NCBI GenBank assembly: GCA_949935795.1
Contig: CATLFX010000008.1
Span: forward strand, 8,014 to 72,013
DNA: 64,000 bases
Direction: 5' to 3'
Source of the DNA: an uncultured Oscillospiraceae bacterium
GTDB lineage: Bacteria > Bacillota > Clostridia > Oscillospirales > Oscillospiraceae
In this document: piece by piece, positions 10,010 through 19,380 of the stretch
Layout: each line of letters opens with the position of its first letter
Position numbering within the stretch: position 1 is the stretch's first letter
Notes under the pieces: model-generated
Database searches by the model: none
What the model was told of the DNA's origin: nothing
Seen by the model: the letters and a program-made list of their open reading frames with translations, nothing else
Position numbers and translations under genes: made by a program

Positions 10010-11140
10010 TCACCCGCCCAGCCGCTTGATCTCCGTGTAGGCCAGCACGAAGGGAGCCACCCCCTTGGCGTCGTTGGCCACCACCGGCTCGGAGATGTAA
10101 TACTCATAGGAGCCGTCCCGGCGGCGGTTGTCCTCCGGGCCCAGCCCGGCCACCAGACAGATGCCGTCCAGGTCCAGCCCGTCCTCGGTGAAGGTCAGGT
10201 ACTTCTCCATGATGCCGCCGAAGGTCTTCCGCCCCTTTGCGGCGTACTCCCCGCCGAGCGCGCCCAGCCGGGCCCCTTTGAGCATGGCGTAGGCCATCAT
10301 GGCGCTGCCGCTGGTCTCCAGGTAGTTGCCCTCCCGGCCCCCCTGGTCGGGCACCTGCCAGTACAGGCCGGTGGCGGGGTCGGCATAGCGGGCGGCGTGC
10401 TCCATCAGCTCGGCAAAAATTGTTTCCAGGCTGTCCCGGCCCTCTCCCGGGGGCAGGATGTCCAGCAGATCGGCCAGGGCCACCCCGAACCAGCCCAGGG
10501 AGCGCAGCCAGAAGTTTTTGGAGCAGCCCGTCTCCGGGTCCGCCCAGAAGGCGGTTCTGGAGGCGTCGTAACCGTGGAAGTACAGGCCCTTGTCCTGGGA
10601 GAACATTTTGGCCCGGACGTTTTTGATCTGGCCCACGGTGTCGGAATAATCCCCGCCGCCGAAGTGCTTTTCATACAGGGCGTAAAAGGGCTGGGCCATG
10701 TAGACGCCGTCCAGCCACACCTGGTTGGGGTAGATGGCCTTGTGCCAGAAATTGCCCTCGTGGGTACGGGGTTGTTTGTCCAACTGCCCCCGCAGGAAGT
10801 CCGCCGCCCGGCGGTATTTTTCCTCCCCGGTGCGGGCGTAGAGGCCAAAGAGCACCCGGCCCTCGTTGATGTCGTCCAGGTTGTGGGCCTCGGGCTTGAA
10901 GGTGCGGATGGAGCCGTCCTCCCCCACAAAGTGGTCCGCCACAGCCCTGGCAAAGTCAAAATACCGCCGGTCGCCGGTGAGGCCCTCCATCTCCATGAGG
11001 GCGGTGAGCATACAGCCGTCTATGTAGTTCCAGGAGGCGGGTTTGCCCTCCCGGATTTTCTCCAGGTTCCAGGCGGTGCGCTCCGGGGTGGAGCGCTCCA
11101 CCAGCTGGAGCACAAAATCGTCGATTTTTTTGTAGTCCAT
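10010..11140 (-). CDS. GH105 unsaturated rhamnogalacturonyl/glucuronyl hydrolase (YteR-like)
   Basis: WNYIDG, NLDDIN, FWHK.IYPNQVWLDGVYM, GLYFHGYD, FWLRSLGW, YLETSGSAM, RDGSYEYYISEP. Confidence 0.9.
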   Translation of the reverse strand: MDYKKIDDFVLQLVERSTPERTAWNLEKIREGKPASWNYIDGCMLTALMEMEGLTGDRRYFDFARAVADHFVGEDGSIRTFKPEAHNLDDINEGRVLFGLYARTGEEKYRRAADFLRGQLDKQPRTHEGNFWHKAIYPNQVWLDGVYMAQPFYALYEKHFGGGDYSDTVGQIKNVRAKMFSQDKGLYFHGYDASRTAFWADPETGCSKNFWLRSLGWFGVALADLLDILPPGEGRDSLETIFAELMEHAARYADPATGLYWQVPDQGGREGNYLETSGSAMMAYAMLKGARLGALGGEYAAKGRKTFGGIMEKYLTFTEDGLDLDGICLVAGLGPEDNRRRDGSYEYYISEPVVANDAKGVAPFVLAYTEIKRLGG

Positions 11141-12711
11141 CAGTTTTCCTCTAGGTCCTCGGTGACGACGTCCCCGCAGTGTACCGCCGTGAGGGCTTTG
11201 CCCTCCGCGCCGGACAGCTTCACATTCTTCACCCGGACCTGCCTCACGTTTTCCAGGTACAGTCCCAGGCGGCACCGCTCCTGGTTTTGGTTGCGCATGG
11301 AGGGCATTCCGGGCTTTGCGCCGTCCGCGAAGGACACGGTGATGTTTTCCAGCTCCACCCGGTCCACGGGGCTCTCCGGCAGGCCGTCGATGTAGCAGGC
11401 GGCCACCTCCGCCCCGGTGCACTCCATATTGCGGAAGGCGAACGCGCCCATGCGGGGGGTGCGCTCGTCCACCGGCAGGGGGTCCCGGCGCCAGACATAC
11501 TCAGAATAGCGGTCCGGGTCGCAGCAGTTGTACCACATATTGATGACGATGGGAGTGAGCACCCCGTCCATGCGGATGTCGTCGAACAGCACGTTGTCGA
11601 TGATGCTGTCCCTGCCCCGCCCGCGGCGGGTCTTGATGCGCAGGCCCCGGTCGGTCTGGCGGAAATAGCACCGGGTGACGCTCAGGTTCCTGATGCCCGC
11701 CGACAGCTCGCTGCCCAGGGTCACCGCCCCGTGGCCGAACTCCATCAGGCAGTTGCGGATGGCGTGGTGGTCGGCGGGGGTCTTGTGCTTCCGGGCCATG
11801 TCGATCTTGCCCGACTTCACCGCCACGCAGTCGTCCCCCACGGAGAAACGGCAGCCGATGATATCCACCCCGTCGCAGCTCTCCGGGTCGGCGCCGTCCG
11901 TATTGGGGCTGTCCTTGGGGGCGGTGACAAAGCAGTCCAGCATGGCAAAGTTTTGGGAGTAGAAGGGGTGCACATGCCAGGACGGGCCGTTTTTCACCGT
12001 GATCCCGTGAAGGGTCACGTTTTTGGTGCGGTTGAAGAAGAGCACCCGGGGCCGTTTGGCGGGGAAACTGTCAAAGTCTCCCCACCAGTCGCCGTTCTGG
12101 CCGTTGCCGTCGACGGCCCCCCGGCCCACAATGGCGATGTCTTCCGCGTAGGACGCCTGAATCAGGGATTGGTAGCAGGGAAATTCCTGCCCCTCAAACC
12201 CGGCCTGGAGCGTTTCCTTCCCGGTAACCGGGTCCGCCGTAAAGCTGGGAATGATAGGGTAGCGCTCCCGTTCCGCGGAGCCGAGAATGACCGCCCCCTC
12301 GTCCAGATCCAGTGTGATGCGGCTTTTCAGCGACAGGGGCAGGGTGAGGTAGGTCCCCGCCGGGAACCACAGCCTCCCGCCTTCGGGCAGGAAATTGACG
12401 GCGGCCTGGATGGCGGCGGTGTCCTCGTGGACGCCGTCCCCTACCGCGCCGAAGTCCCGGACGTTGACACAGCAGGTCTCCGTTCTGGTGGTGAACCGGA
12501 CGGACTCCTCCCCGCCGTCCTCAAAGCGTACCGTGAGGTCATAAGACTGGCCCGGCTTCAGGCCAAACAGGGAGAAGACGTTGGTATCCTGAGATGAAAG
12601 CAGCTCGGCCCCCTCCGACAGGACGGAATAGCGGCGCTTGGAATAGTAGGACGTGTCCCCGTCCAGCTCAAAGCAGGCGGAGCTGCTCCCGCAGTAGACA
12701 AGTTTGATCAT
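11140..12711 (-). CDS. GH28 polygalacturonase with N-terminal extra domain
   Basis: All four GH28 motifs present: NTDG, GDD, GHG, RIKT; no signal peptide. Confidence 0.92.
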   Translation of the reverse strand: MIKLVYCGSSSACFELDGDTSYYSKRRYSVLSEGAELLSSQDTNVFSLFGLKPGQSYDLTVRFEDGGEESVRFTTRTETCCVNVRDFGAVGDGVHEDTAAIQAAVNFLPEGGRLWFPAGTYLTLPLSLKSRITLDLDEGAVILGSAERERYPIIPSFTADPVTGKETLQAGFEGQEFPCYQSLIQASYAEDIAIVGRGAVDGNGQNGDWWGDFDSFPAKRPRVLFFNRTKNVTLHGITVKNGPSWHVHPFYSQNFAMLDCFVTAPKDSPNTDGADPESCDGVDIIGCRFSVGDDCVAVKSGKIDMARKHKTPADHHAIRNCLMEFGHGAVTLGSELSAGIRNLSVTRCYFRQTDRGLRIKTRRGRGRDSIIDNVLFDDIRMDGVLTPIVINMWYNCCDPDRYSEYVWRRDPLPVDERTPRMGAFAFRNMECTGAEVAACYIDGLPESPVDRVELENITVSFADGAKPGMPSMRNQNQERCRLGLYLENVRQVRVKNVKLSGAEGKALTAVHCGDVVTEDLEEN

Positions 12712-12723
12712 CGCGTGCACCTT

Positions 12724-13362
12724 CTATTTGGCGGTTTTCCGGGCCCCGCTGCCAAACGCCCGGCTCAGGGCGTGCTTCAACTGGAGCAGCAGCAGGTCAA
12801 AGCCCAGATAGAACAGGCCGAACAGGATGGGTTCCACGCCCAGAAATACCGTGTCCATCCTGCCGGTGATCTGGCCGGCGGTGAGGTTGATGACATTGTA
12901 CAGGGCGTAGACCAGGAGGAGCACCACATAGGCGTAGCCGATGTTGAGGAAAAAGCTGGAATAGCTCTTCCGGCTCACCATCATCCAGCGCTCGTTCTCC
13001 CCCTTGGTCTTTTCGAAAAAGCGCAGGATGGGATTGGTCATCAGGTCGGTGACGATGCCCAGGGCCATGCCGGTGACGAACAGGATATCCAGCTCGCTGC
13101 CCAGCAGGCCCCCCAGGCCCCAAATGAAGAAGAAGCACACCGCCCCCGCAAACCAGGCCTTGATCAGCAGCATCTTCACCCAGTCGGCCAGCTTCATTTT
13201 TGGCCCCGAACGGTAGGCGCGCAGCTCCTCCTCGGACACCGAGGGCGAGTTGTCCTCGTTGGCGGTGACCAGATCGTCCACCGCCTGGGTTTTCAGCCGG
13301 TAGTACTCCGACTGCTTTTCCACCTGGGGCTTTTCCGGCCCGTTTTTCCGCTTTTTGCTCAT
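12724..13362 (-). CDS. Uncharacterised integral membrane protein (about 4 TM)
   Basis: Basic N-terminus followed by hydrophobic helices; co-oriented in the pectin operon; host-like codon usage. Confidence 0.7.
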   Translation of the reverse strand: MSKKRKNGPEKPQVEKQSEYYRLKTQAVDDLVTANEDNSPSVSEEELRAYRSGPKMKLADWVKMLLIKAWFAGAVCFFFIWGLGGLLGSELDILFVTGMALGIVTDLMTNPILRFFEKTKGENERWMMVSRKSYSSFFLNIGYAYVVLLLVYALYNVINLTAGQITGRMDTVFLGVEPILFGLFYLGFDLLLLQLKHALSRAFGSGARKTAK

Positions 13363-13425
13363 GGCTTCTCCTAATTCGCCCCACGGGGGCCCGCAGGGCG
13401 GGCCTCCCATAGCGCGGGCGTCGTG

Positions 13426-13995
13426 TTATCCCTCGCCGGAAATGTCGATGGCCTCCAAATCACCGTTGTCCCCCACGTCGATGGAGGTCTTGATCTTCCG
13501 CAGCCACTTGGAGTACACCGGCAGCAGCGCGGTGAGCACAATACCAACCGCAAGGATGCCGATGTGGATGCGCAGGTACCACTCCGCGTACATGATGTAG
13601 ATGGTGTCGCTGGTCACCTTGATGGGATTGTCCGCACGGGTGACAGCGGCCAGGACGGTGCTGATATAGTAGCCGTCGGCAAAGATCACGATGCCCAGCA
13701 GGACGAACATCAGCACCAGCATGGGGACGTTGGTCTTCTTGCGGTAGGGGAAAGCGTTGAGGAAGCACATAAAGGACAGCATGGAGAACAGCATGGTGGC
13801 GAAGCCCGCCAGCCCCATGCCCGGGCCCTGGATGCGGGCGGTGGTGTCCGAGATGTGCATCATGTTCAGGGAGTAGAACAGGAAAGCCGCCACAAACACC
13901 GCCAGGGGAATCATCTGGGGGCGGCGCTTGAGGGCGACGAGGAATTTACGCCACACCTCTTTCAGTCCGCCGTTCTTTTTCTTGGCCGCTTCCAT
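13426..13995 (-). CDS. Uncharacterised integral membrane protein (about 4 TM)
   Basis: Four hydrophobic segments; start overlaps the ATPase stop (TGATG). Confidence 0.75.
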   Translation of the reverse strand: MEAAKKKNGGLKEVWRKFLVALKRRPQMIPLAVFVAAFLFYSLNMMHISDTTARIQGPGMGLAGFATMLFSMLSFMCFLNAFPYRKKTNVPMLVLMFVLLGIVIFADGYYISTVLAAVTRADNPIKVTSDTIYIMYAEWYLRIHIGILAVGIVLTALLPVYSKWLRKIKTSIDVGDNGDLEAIDISGEG

Positions 13996-15080
13996 CAGCC
14001 CTCACCTCCCCGGATGGCGTTGGTGGTCTCCTTGTCGAAGAAATGCTTGCGGTCAAAGGTAAAGGAAGCGGCATCCCCCACCTTGTAGTCCCGCCAGCCC
14101 TTGAGCTTGGCCGAGATCTTGGCGCTGGGGGCCTTGGAGCCCCCGATATGGCCGTGGACCAGAGTGTTCATGCCCAGGTTCTCGTTGGAGGACACGGTGA
14201 CGGGCACGTCGGGCCCCTCCACGATGTTCTCCGGCCGGACCCCCAGGGTGATCTCCCTGTTCTGGTAGGCCCGCAGGGTGTGCTGCTCCTCCTGGGTGAG
14301 GGACACCTGGAAGCCCTCCCCCGCCAGCTTATCGCCGCTGACCCGCACGTCGTAGAAGTTCATGGGGGGCAGGCCGATGAAGCTGGCCACGAACACGTTG
14401 GCCGGGGAGTCGTACAGCTCCAGAGGGGTGCCCACCTGCTGGACATGGCCCATGGACATGCACACGATGCGGTCGGCCAGGGTCAGGGCCTCGGTCTGGT
14501 CGTGGGTGACGTACATCATCGTCGCCTGGAGGCGCTTGTGGAGGAGCAGAATCTCCCGCCGGGTGGCGCCGCGCAGCTTGGCGTCCAGGTTGGACAGGGG
14601 CTCGTCAAAGAGGAACACCTTGGGGTTGCGCACGATGGAGCGGCCCATGGCCACCCGCTGGCGCTGGCCGCCGGACAGCTGGGCGGGCTTTTTGTTCAGC
14701 TGGCTGGTGAGGTCCAGAATTTCCGCCGCCGCCAGCACCTTCTTGTGGATGACGTTGGGGTTCTCCTTGCGCAGGGTGAGGGAGAACGCCATATTCTCGT
14801 AGATGGTCATATGGCCGTACAGGGCGTAGCTCTGGAACACCATGGCCATATCCCGGTCCTTGGGCGGGGTGGCGGTGATGTCCCGGCCGTCCAGCAGCAG
14901 CTTGCCCCCGGAGATGTCCTCCAGGCCGGCCACCATCCGCAGGGTGGTGGACTTGCCGCAGCCGGAGGGGCCCACCAGCACGATGAGCTCTCCGTCCTTC
15001 ACGTCCAGGTTGAAGTCGAAGACCGCCTGCACGTTATTGTCGTATATCTTGTCGATATGCTGCAAATTCAGTGTTGCCAT
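13995..15080 (-). CDS. Carbohydrate ABC transporter ATP-binding protein (MalK/MsmK type), copy 1
   Basis: GPSGCGKST, LSGGQRQRVA, DEPLSNLDAK, VTHDQ. Confidence 0.93.
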   Translation of the reverse strand: MATLNLQHIDKIYDNNVQAVFDFNLDVKDGELIVLVGPSGCGKSTTLRMVAGLEDISGGKLLLDGRDITATPPKDRDMAMVFQSYALYGHMTIYENMAFSLTLRKENPNVIHKKVLAAAEILDLTSQLNKKPAQLSGGQRQRVAMGRSIVRNPKVFLFDEPLSNLDAKLRGATRREILLLHKRLQATMMYVTHDQTEALTLADRIVCMSMGHVQQVGTPLELYDSPANVFVASFIGLPPMNFYDVRVSGDKLAGEGFQVSLTQEEQHTLRAYQNREITLGVRPENIVEGPDVPVTVSSNENLGMNTLVHGHIGGSKAPSAKISAKLKGWRDYKVGDAASFTFDRKHFFDKETTNAIRGGEG

Positions 15081-15092
15081 GTCTTCGCCTCC

Positions 15093-15584
15093 TTATGCGC
15101 CCTGAGCTTCCAGGGTTTTGAGGTGCTCCGCCAGCTCCCGGCAGCGGATCAGGTTCACCACTGCCGAAGCGATCAGGCACACCCCGGAGATGATCAGATA
15201 GGCGGTCACACGGTAGAACTGCCCGTCCTGCATCACCGCGGTGGCCACGCCGTTGACCACGGCCTCGGCGGAGTGGGCCCGCATGGGGATGATGAAAATC
15301 CGCACGATCTGGACCGCTCCCAGGGCGATGAGCAGATAGGAGTAGCCCTGCTTGTAGTTTTTCACGCCCTCCGAGGACAGGAACACCGCCAGCATGAACA
15401 CCAGGTTGTACACGATGGACGCGCCGATGAGCATGGTATAATACCAGGCACCCACGTCGGACTTATAGATGCTGACAAAATAGAACACGTCGAACAGGAT
15501 GCCCAGGATGGCCAGATTGGACGAGAGCGAGTTCTTGATGAACCGCATCCTGTCGCGCTGTATCGTACGGTCTTCCGCTGTCAT
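15093..15584 (-). CDS. Uncharacterised integral membrane protein (about 4 TM)
   Basis: MTAEDRTIQRDRMRF start overlaps the upstream stop (ATGA); four hydrophobic segments. Confidence 0.75.
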   Translation of the reverse strand: MTAEDRTIQRDRMRFIKNSLSSNLAILGILFDVFYFVSIYKSDVGAWYYTMLIGASIVYNLVFMLAVFLSSEGVKNYKQGYSYLLIALGAVQIVRIFIIPMRAHSAEAVVNGVATAVMQDGQFYRVTAYLIISGVCLIASAVVNLIRCRELAEHLKTLEAQGA

Positions 15585-16171
15585 CCGCCAACCCTCCTTC
15601 CCTCTTGCACAAGGGCCGCCTCGTCCTTCATCAGCCGGACCTTCCACACCGCGTTGGCCACCAGCAGCGCGCACACCGCCAGCAGCAGGCCGAACACGGC
15701 GTAGTGCAGGTCAAACCAGAAGGTGGACTCGGTGTACAGGGTGCCCCACATCTCGGCGTGCTCCTTCAGGGCGGCAAAATCCACCTGGAGGAACTGGCGC
15801 TTGGCCTCCTCGATGTTGACGTGGGCGTACACGGTGTTATATACCGCGAAGGCGGTGAACAGGCCGGTGGCTGCGTAATTGCCGATGTAGTATTTTCTGC
15901 GGCTGTGCGTATTGGTGATGAACAGCAGCGCTCCCAGCAGGATCTGGCCGATACTGAGGATCAAAAGCTGCCGGTTGAACGCCTGCATGGCGTAGTAGAT
16001 ACTGGAGCCGGACACGTCGGTCTGATAGATGTCGTTGGGATTTCGCATCGTGTCGTAGAGGCTATCATACAGGTCGGTCATGATGCCGAGGGAATAGAGG
16101 AAAAAGATCGCGCTCACGATGATAGCCGCCAGACAGAGGAACTTCTGCGCGGTCATTTGTTTTTTATACAT
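15581..16171 (-). CDS. Uncharacterised integral membrane protein (about 4 TM)
   Basis: RBS GGAGGAGG; four hydrophobic segments; directly after the solute-binding protein gene. Confidence 0.75.
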   Translation of the reverse strand: MYKKQMTAQKFLCLAAIIVSAIFFLYSLGIMTDLYDSLYDTMRNPNDIYQTDVSGSSIYYAMQAFNRQLLILSIGQILLGALLFITNTHSRRKYYIGNYAATGLFTAFAVYNTVYAHVNIEEAKRQFLQVDFAALKEHAEMWGTLYTESTFWFDLHYAVFGLLLAVCALLVANAVWKVRLMKDEAALVQEGRRVGG

Positions 16172-16278
16172 GACGGCCTCCTCCCGGAGAGATCATGTCT
16201 CCCCCGGCGGGGCGGCATGGGCCGCCCCGCCGGGCTGAGATCACGGATGTTGTCGTTGGCGGCGCCGGTCCACCGCGC

Positions 16279-18408
16279 TCACTTCAGGGTCTCGTAGTAG
16301 GCGATGTCCCGCTCCCAGGCGCCCTGCTTGATGGCCAGGTACTGCTTGCCGGACCAGTCGTTGGCCACGGTGGCGGCCTGAGCCTCGGGGTCCTGCACGC
16401 CGTTGATGATCAGGTCCAGCAGCATGTTGGCGTTGCCGTCCTTCTGCTGGTTGAACTTCTCCTGGAGCTCGGTGTAGCCGGCCACGGTGTCGTTCTCCAC
16501 CTTGGTGGTGGGCAGCACGGTGGGCACGATGGTGTACCAGGGGTTGGAGGCCATGCCCAGCTCGGGGTGCTTGATGGTGCCCAGGCCGATGGCGGTGGAG
16601 ATGTAGCCCGCGCCCTGCTGGCCCACCTCGTGGGTGCACTGGTACTCGAAGGCCTGGCTCTTCAGGAAGGACAGGGTGGAGCCCAGATAGAACCGGGCGT
16701 AGTTGGTGTAGTTGCCGTTGGCCTTGGACCACAGCTCCTCCCGGGTGGCGTCGGCGATGACGGGCATCTCCTTGCCGTTGAAGGTGAAGGTACTGCTGCC
16801 GCGGAAGGCCTCGGGGCCGTAGCTCATGAGGATCTGGCCCTCGGCGGAGTAGGCGTAGTCGATGAGGGCCAGGCAGGCGTTCAGCTTGTCGGTGTCGCTG
16901 CCCACGCCGGCCTTGGAGATGCCCCAGCCGTCGGTCTTGACGGACCGCCAGGACTCGGTGAAGCGCATGTACACGCCGTTGTCGTCGGTGCCGTCATACC
17001 AGCGGGCCACGGGCACCATGGCGGCCATGTACTTCTCGCCCTCCTGGAGGGCGGTGGCGTTCATCAGGGTCTGGGTCTGGTTATAGTCGTAGTGCATGAA
17101 GCCCAGGTCGTTCTCCAGGTAGGTCTTGGAGCTCTCCTCGGAGCCGTCGATGAAAGCCTTGGAGATCAGGCCCTCCTCCACCATGGTGTGCATCCGCTCC
17201 ATGGCCTCGTAGGCGTCCTTCTCCTGGCGGGCGTCGTGGAGCTGGTTGTCATTGCCCACGTACAGGTAGTCCTGGCGGGACTCCAGGCCGCGTACGCCGA
17301 AGAGCATTCCGGCGAAGCGGAACATATCCACCCGGCGCTGGTTGTTGTTGTCCTCGCGGGTGAACAGGCCCTGGATGGAGTCGGTGCCGTTGAGGGTCTG
17401 GGCATTGGCCACCACGCAGCGCAGCAGGGCCACCAGCTCGTCGGCATCCCAGGCGGCGTTCTGGCCCACGAACAGGTCGGCGCGGTTGGCGCCGTAGTAG
17501 CCGTCATAGGCCTCGTCGATGTAGTGGCGCAGGAAGTTGACCGCCGTGACGCCGTCCATGGGGGCGTTCTTGTTCATGGTGTCGATGATGTTGCCGCCCT
17601 TGTCGTAGTCCTTGGCAATCTTCTCCACGCCGGAGCCGTCGGCCTTGACCACGTCGATCTCCACCTTGCCGGAGGTGGGCATGTAGGGCTGGTACTTGGG
17701 GGCGGCGGTCTGGCCGCTGGCGCTGGCGGTGAACTCGCCCTCGCCGTTGAGCAGCTTCTCCACCCAGTCGGTGCGCATCAGGGGCATGCGCTCGATGTCG
17801 TCCACGCCGTCAAAGTAGGGGCTGAAGTAGATGGCGCCGGTGTCGGTGTTGCCGGTGATGGACATGTGGACGATGGGGTTGGCCTCCAGATAGGCCTTGA
17901 AGTTGGGCATCTGGTCCAGGTACTCGGCGATGTTCACCATGTTGCCCGCCTCGCCGTTCTCGGTGAGCTTGGTGGCAGTGCCGCTGACCATGTCCACGTC
18001 GCCCAGGCGCTCCTTCCAGAAGTCGAACTCCTTGGAGGCGCTGTTGCCCTGGTACTTGTCCTCGAACACGATGTTCAGCTTGTTCTGGACCTCCACCCAG
18101 GTGGGCTTCAGCTCGCCGGCGTGGTAGGTCTTGCCGTCGGCCAGGGTGATGCCGTCGCCGGCGGTCTCCGGGTCGAAGAACAGGCCGGTCTTGGTGTTGT
18201 TATAGCCGGTGGCCATGCGCAGCTTGGTGCCGTCGGCGTAGGTCAGGCCCTGCTCGGGGGCGTCGCTGGCGGGGGCCTCACCGGACTGGGAGGGCTGGGC
18301 GGGGGCCTTGGACTCCTCCACCTGGATGCTGGGGCCGCAGCCGGACAGCAGGGCGGCCGTCATCGCGACGGCCAGGAGCATCGCGGCAAGGGATTTCAGT
18401 TTCTTCAT
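16279..18408 (-). CDS. Large extracellular solute-binding lipoprotein of the sugar ABC importer
   Basis: Lipobox LLSGC, Pro/Ala linker, YLDQMPNFKAYLE and MRTDWVEKL (family-1 SBP features); 709 aa. Confidence 0.85.
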   Translation of the reverse strand: MKKLKSLAAMLLAVAMTAALLSGCGPSIQVEESKAPAQPSQSGEAPASDAPEQGLTYADGTKLRMATGYNNTKTGLFFDPETAGDGITLADGKTYHAGELKPTWVEVQNKLNIVFEDKYQGNSASKEFDFWKERLGDVDMVSGTATKLTENGEAGNMVNIAEYLDQMPNFKAYLEANPIVHMSITGNTDTGAIYFSPYFDGVDDIERMPLMRTDWVEKLLNGEGEFTASASGQTAAPKYQPYMPTSGKVEIDVVKADGSGVEKIAKDYDKGGNIIDTMNKNAPMDGVTAVNFLRHYIDEAYDGYYGANRADLFVGQNAAWDADELVALLRCVVANAQTLNGTDSIQGLFTREDNNNQRRVDMFRFAGMLFGVRGLESRQDYLYVGNDNQLHDARQEKDAYEAMERMHTMVEEGLISKAFIDGSEESSKTYLENDLGFMHYDYNQTQTLMNATALQEGEKYMAAMVPVARWYDGTDDNGVYMRFTESWRSVKTDGWGISKAGVGSDTDKLNACLALIDYAYSAEGQILMSYGPEAFRGSSTFTFNGKEMPVIADATREELWSKANGNYTNYARFYLGSTLSFLKSQAFEYQCTHEVGQQGAGYISTAIGLGTIKHPELGMASNPWYTIVPTVLPTTKVENDTVAGYTELQEKFNQQKDGNANMLLDLIINGVQDPEAQAATVANDWSGKQYLAIKQGAWERDIAYYETLK

Positions 18409-18474
18409 AAAAGTATCCTCCTAAACATATCTCATTTTTGGGCTTTCCGGTATCATCTTCGGGACGGCGGGGGA

Positions 18475-19365
18475 TTACTCCTTGACGCCGCCCACGTTGA
18501 CGCCCTTGGCAAAATACTTCTGGATGAAGGGGTAGATGATGAGGATAGGCACGATGGAGCACACAATGAGCGCGTAGATCACCGAGTCGGAGGCGAAGGT
18601 CTCGCTCCAGCCCGCGATGATCTCGGGGTCGGTGTACTGCTCCAGCCGCAGCCGGATGAACACCTGGAGGGGGTGCTCGTTTTGGTTCGAAATCATCTGC
18701 CGGGCCCAGAAGTAGCCGTTCCAGCGGGAGATGGCGAAGAACAGAGCCACGGTGGCGATGGTGGACTTGCTCATGGGGATGTACACCGTGCTGAGCACCT
18801 GGAACTCGGTGGCGCCGTCCACGATGGCGGCCTCCTCGATCTCGGAGGGCACGCCCTCAAAGGCGTTTCTCAGCAGGATGATGTTCATGGCCGCCATGCC
18901 CATGGCGATGACCACCAGCCACTTGTCGTCCTGGATGCCCACGGCGTTGAACACGTCCCGGGTGGCCAGGTAGTTCAGGTACTGGGGGACGATGCCCGCG
19001 GAGAACCACATGGTGAACACCAGGAAGAAGTTGAAGAACTTCCGGAACAGCAGCCGCCGCTTGGACAGGGCGTAAGCGCCCAGGATGGCGGTGAGCATGG
19101 ACCACAGGGTGCCGTACAGGGTGAGGAACAGGGTGTTGGAGTAGGCGTTCCAGAACATGTTGTCCCCGAACATCCGGGCGAAGGCGTCGAACTGGATGTC
19201 CTTGGGGAAGAGCACGATGGAGCCGTACTCCACGGCGGACCGGCCGCTGAGGGAGGCGGACACCGCGTACACAAAGGGGTACAGGCAGCACAGGGCGAAC
19301 ACGGTGAGCAGGGTGTAGCTGATGATCTTGAAAATCAGCTCGGATATCTCAAGCTTTCGTTTCAT
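18475..19365 (-). CDS. Carbohydrate ABC permease (MalG/YtcP-like)
   Basis: EAA loop EIEEAAIVDGATEFQ, ISRWNGYF, YPFIQKYFAKGVNVGGVKE. Confidence 0.92.
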   Translation of the reverse strand: MKRKLEISELIFKIISYTLLTVFALCCLYPFVYAVSASLSGRSAVEYGSIVLFPKDIQFDAFARMFGDNMFWNAYSNTLFLTLYGTLWSMLTAILGAYALSKRRLLFRKFFNFFLVFTMWFSAGIVPQYLNYLATRDVFNAVGIQDDKWLVVIAMGMAAMNIILLRNAFEGVPSEIEEAAIVDGATEFQVLSTVYIPMSKSTIATVALFFAISRWNGYFWARQMISNQNEHPLQVFIRLRLEQYTDPEIIAGWSETFASDSVIYALIVCSIVPILIIYPFIQKYFAKGVNVGGVKE

Positions 19366-19380
19366 GACGCGCCCTCCCGT

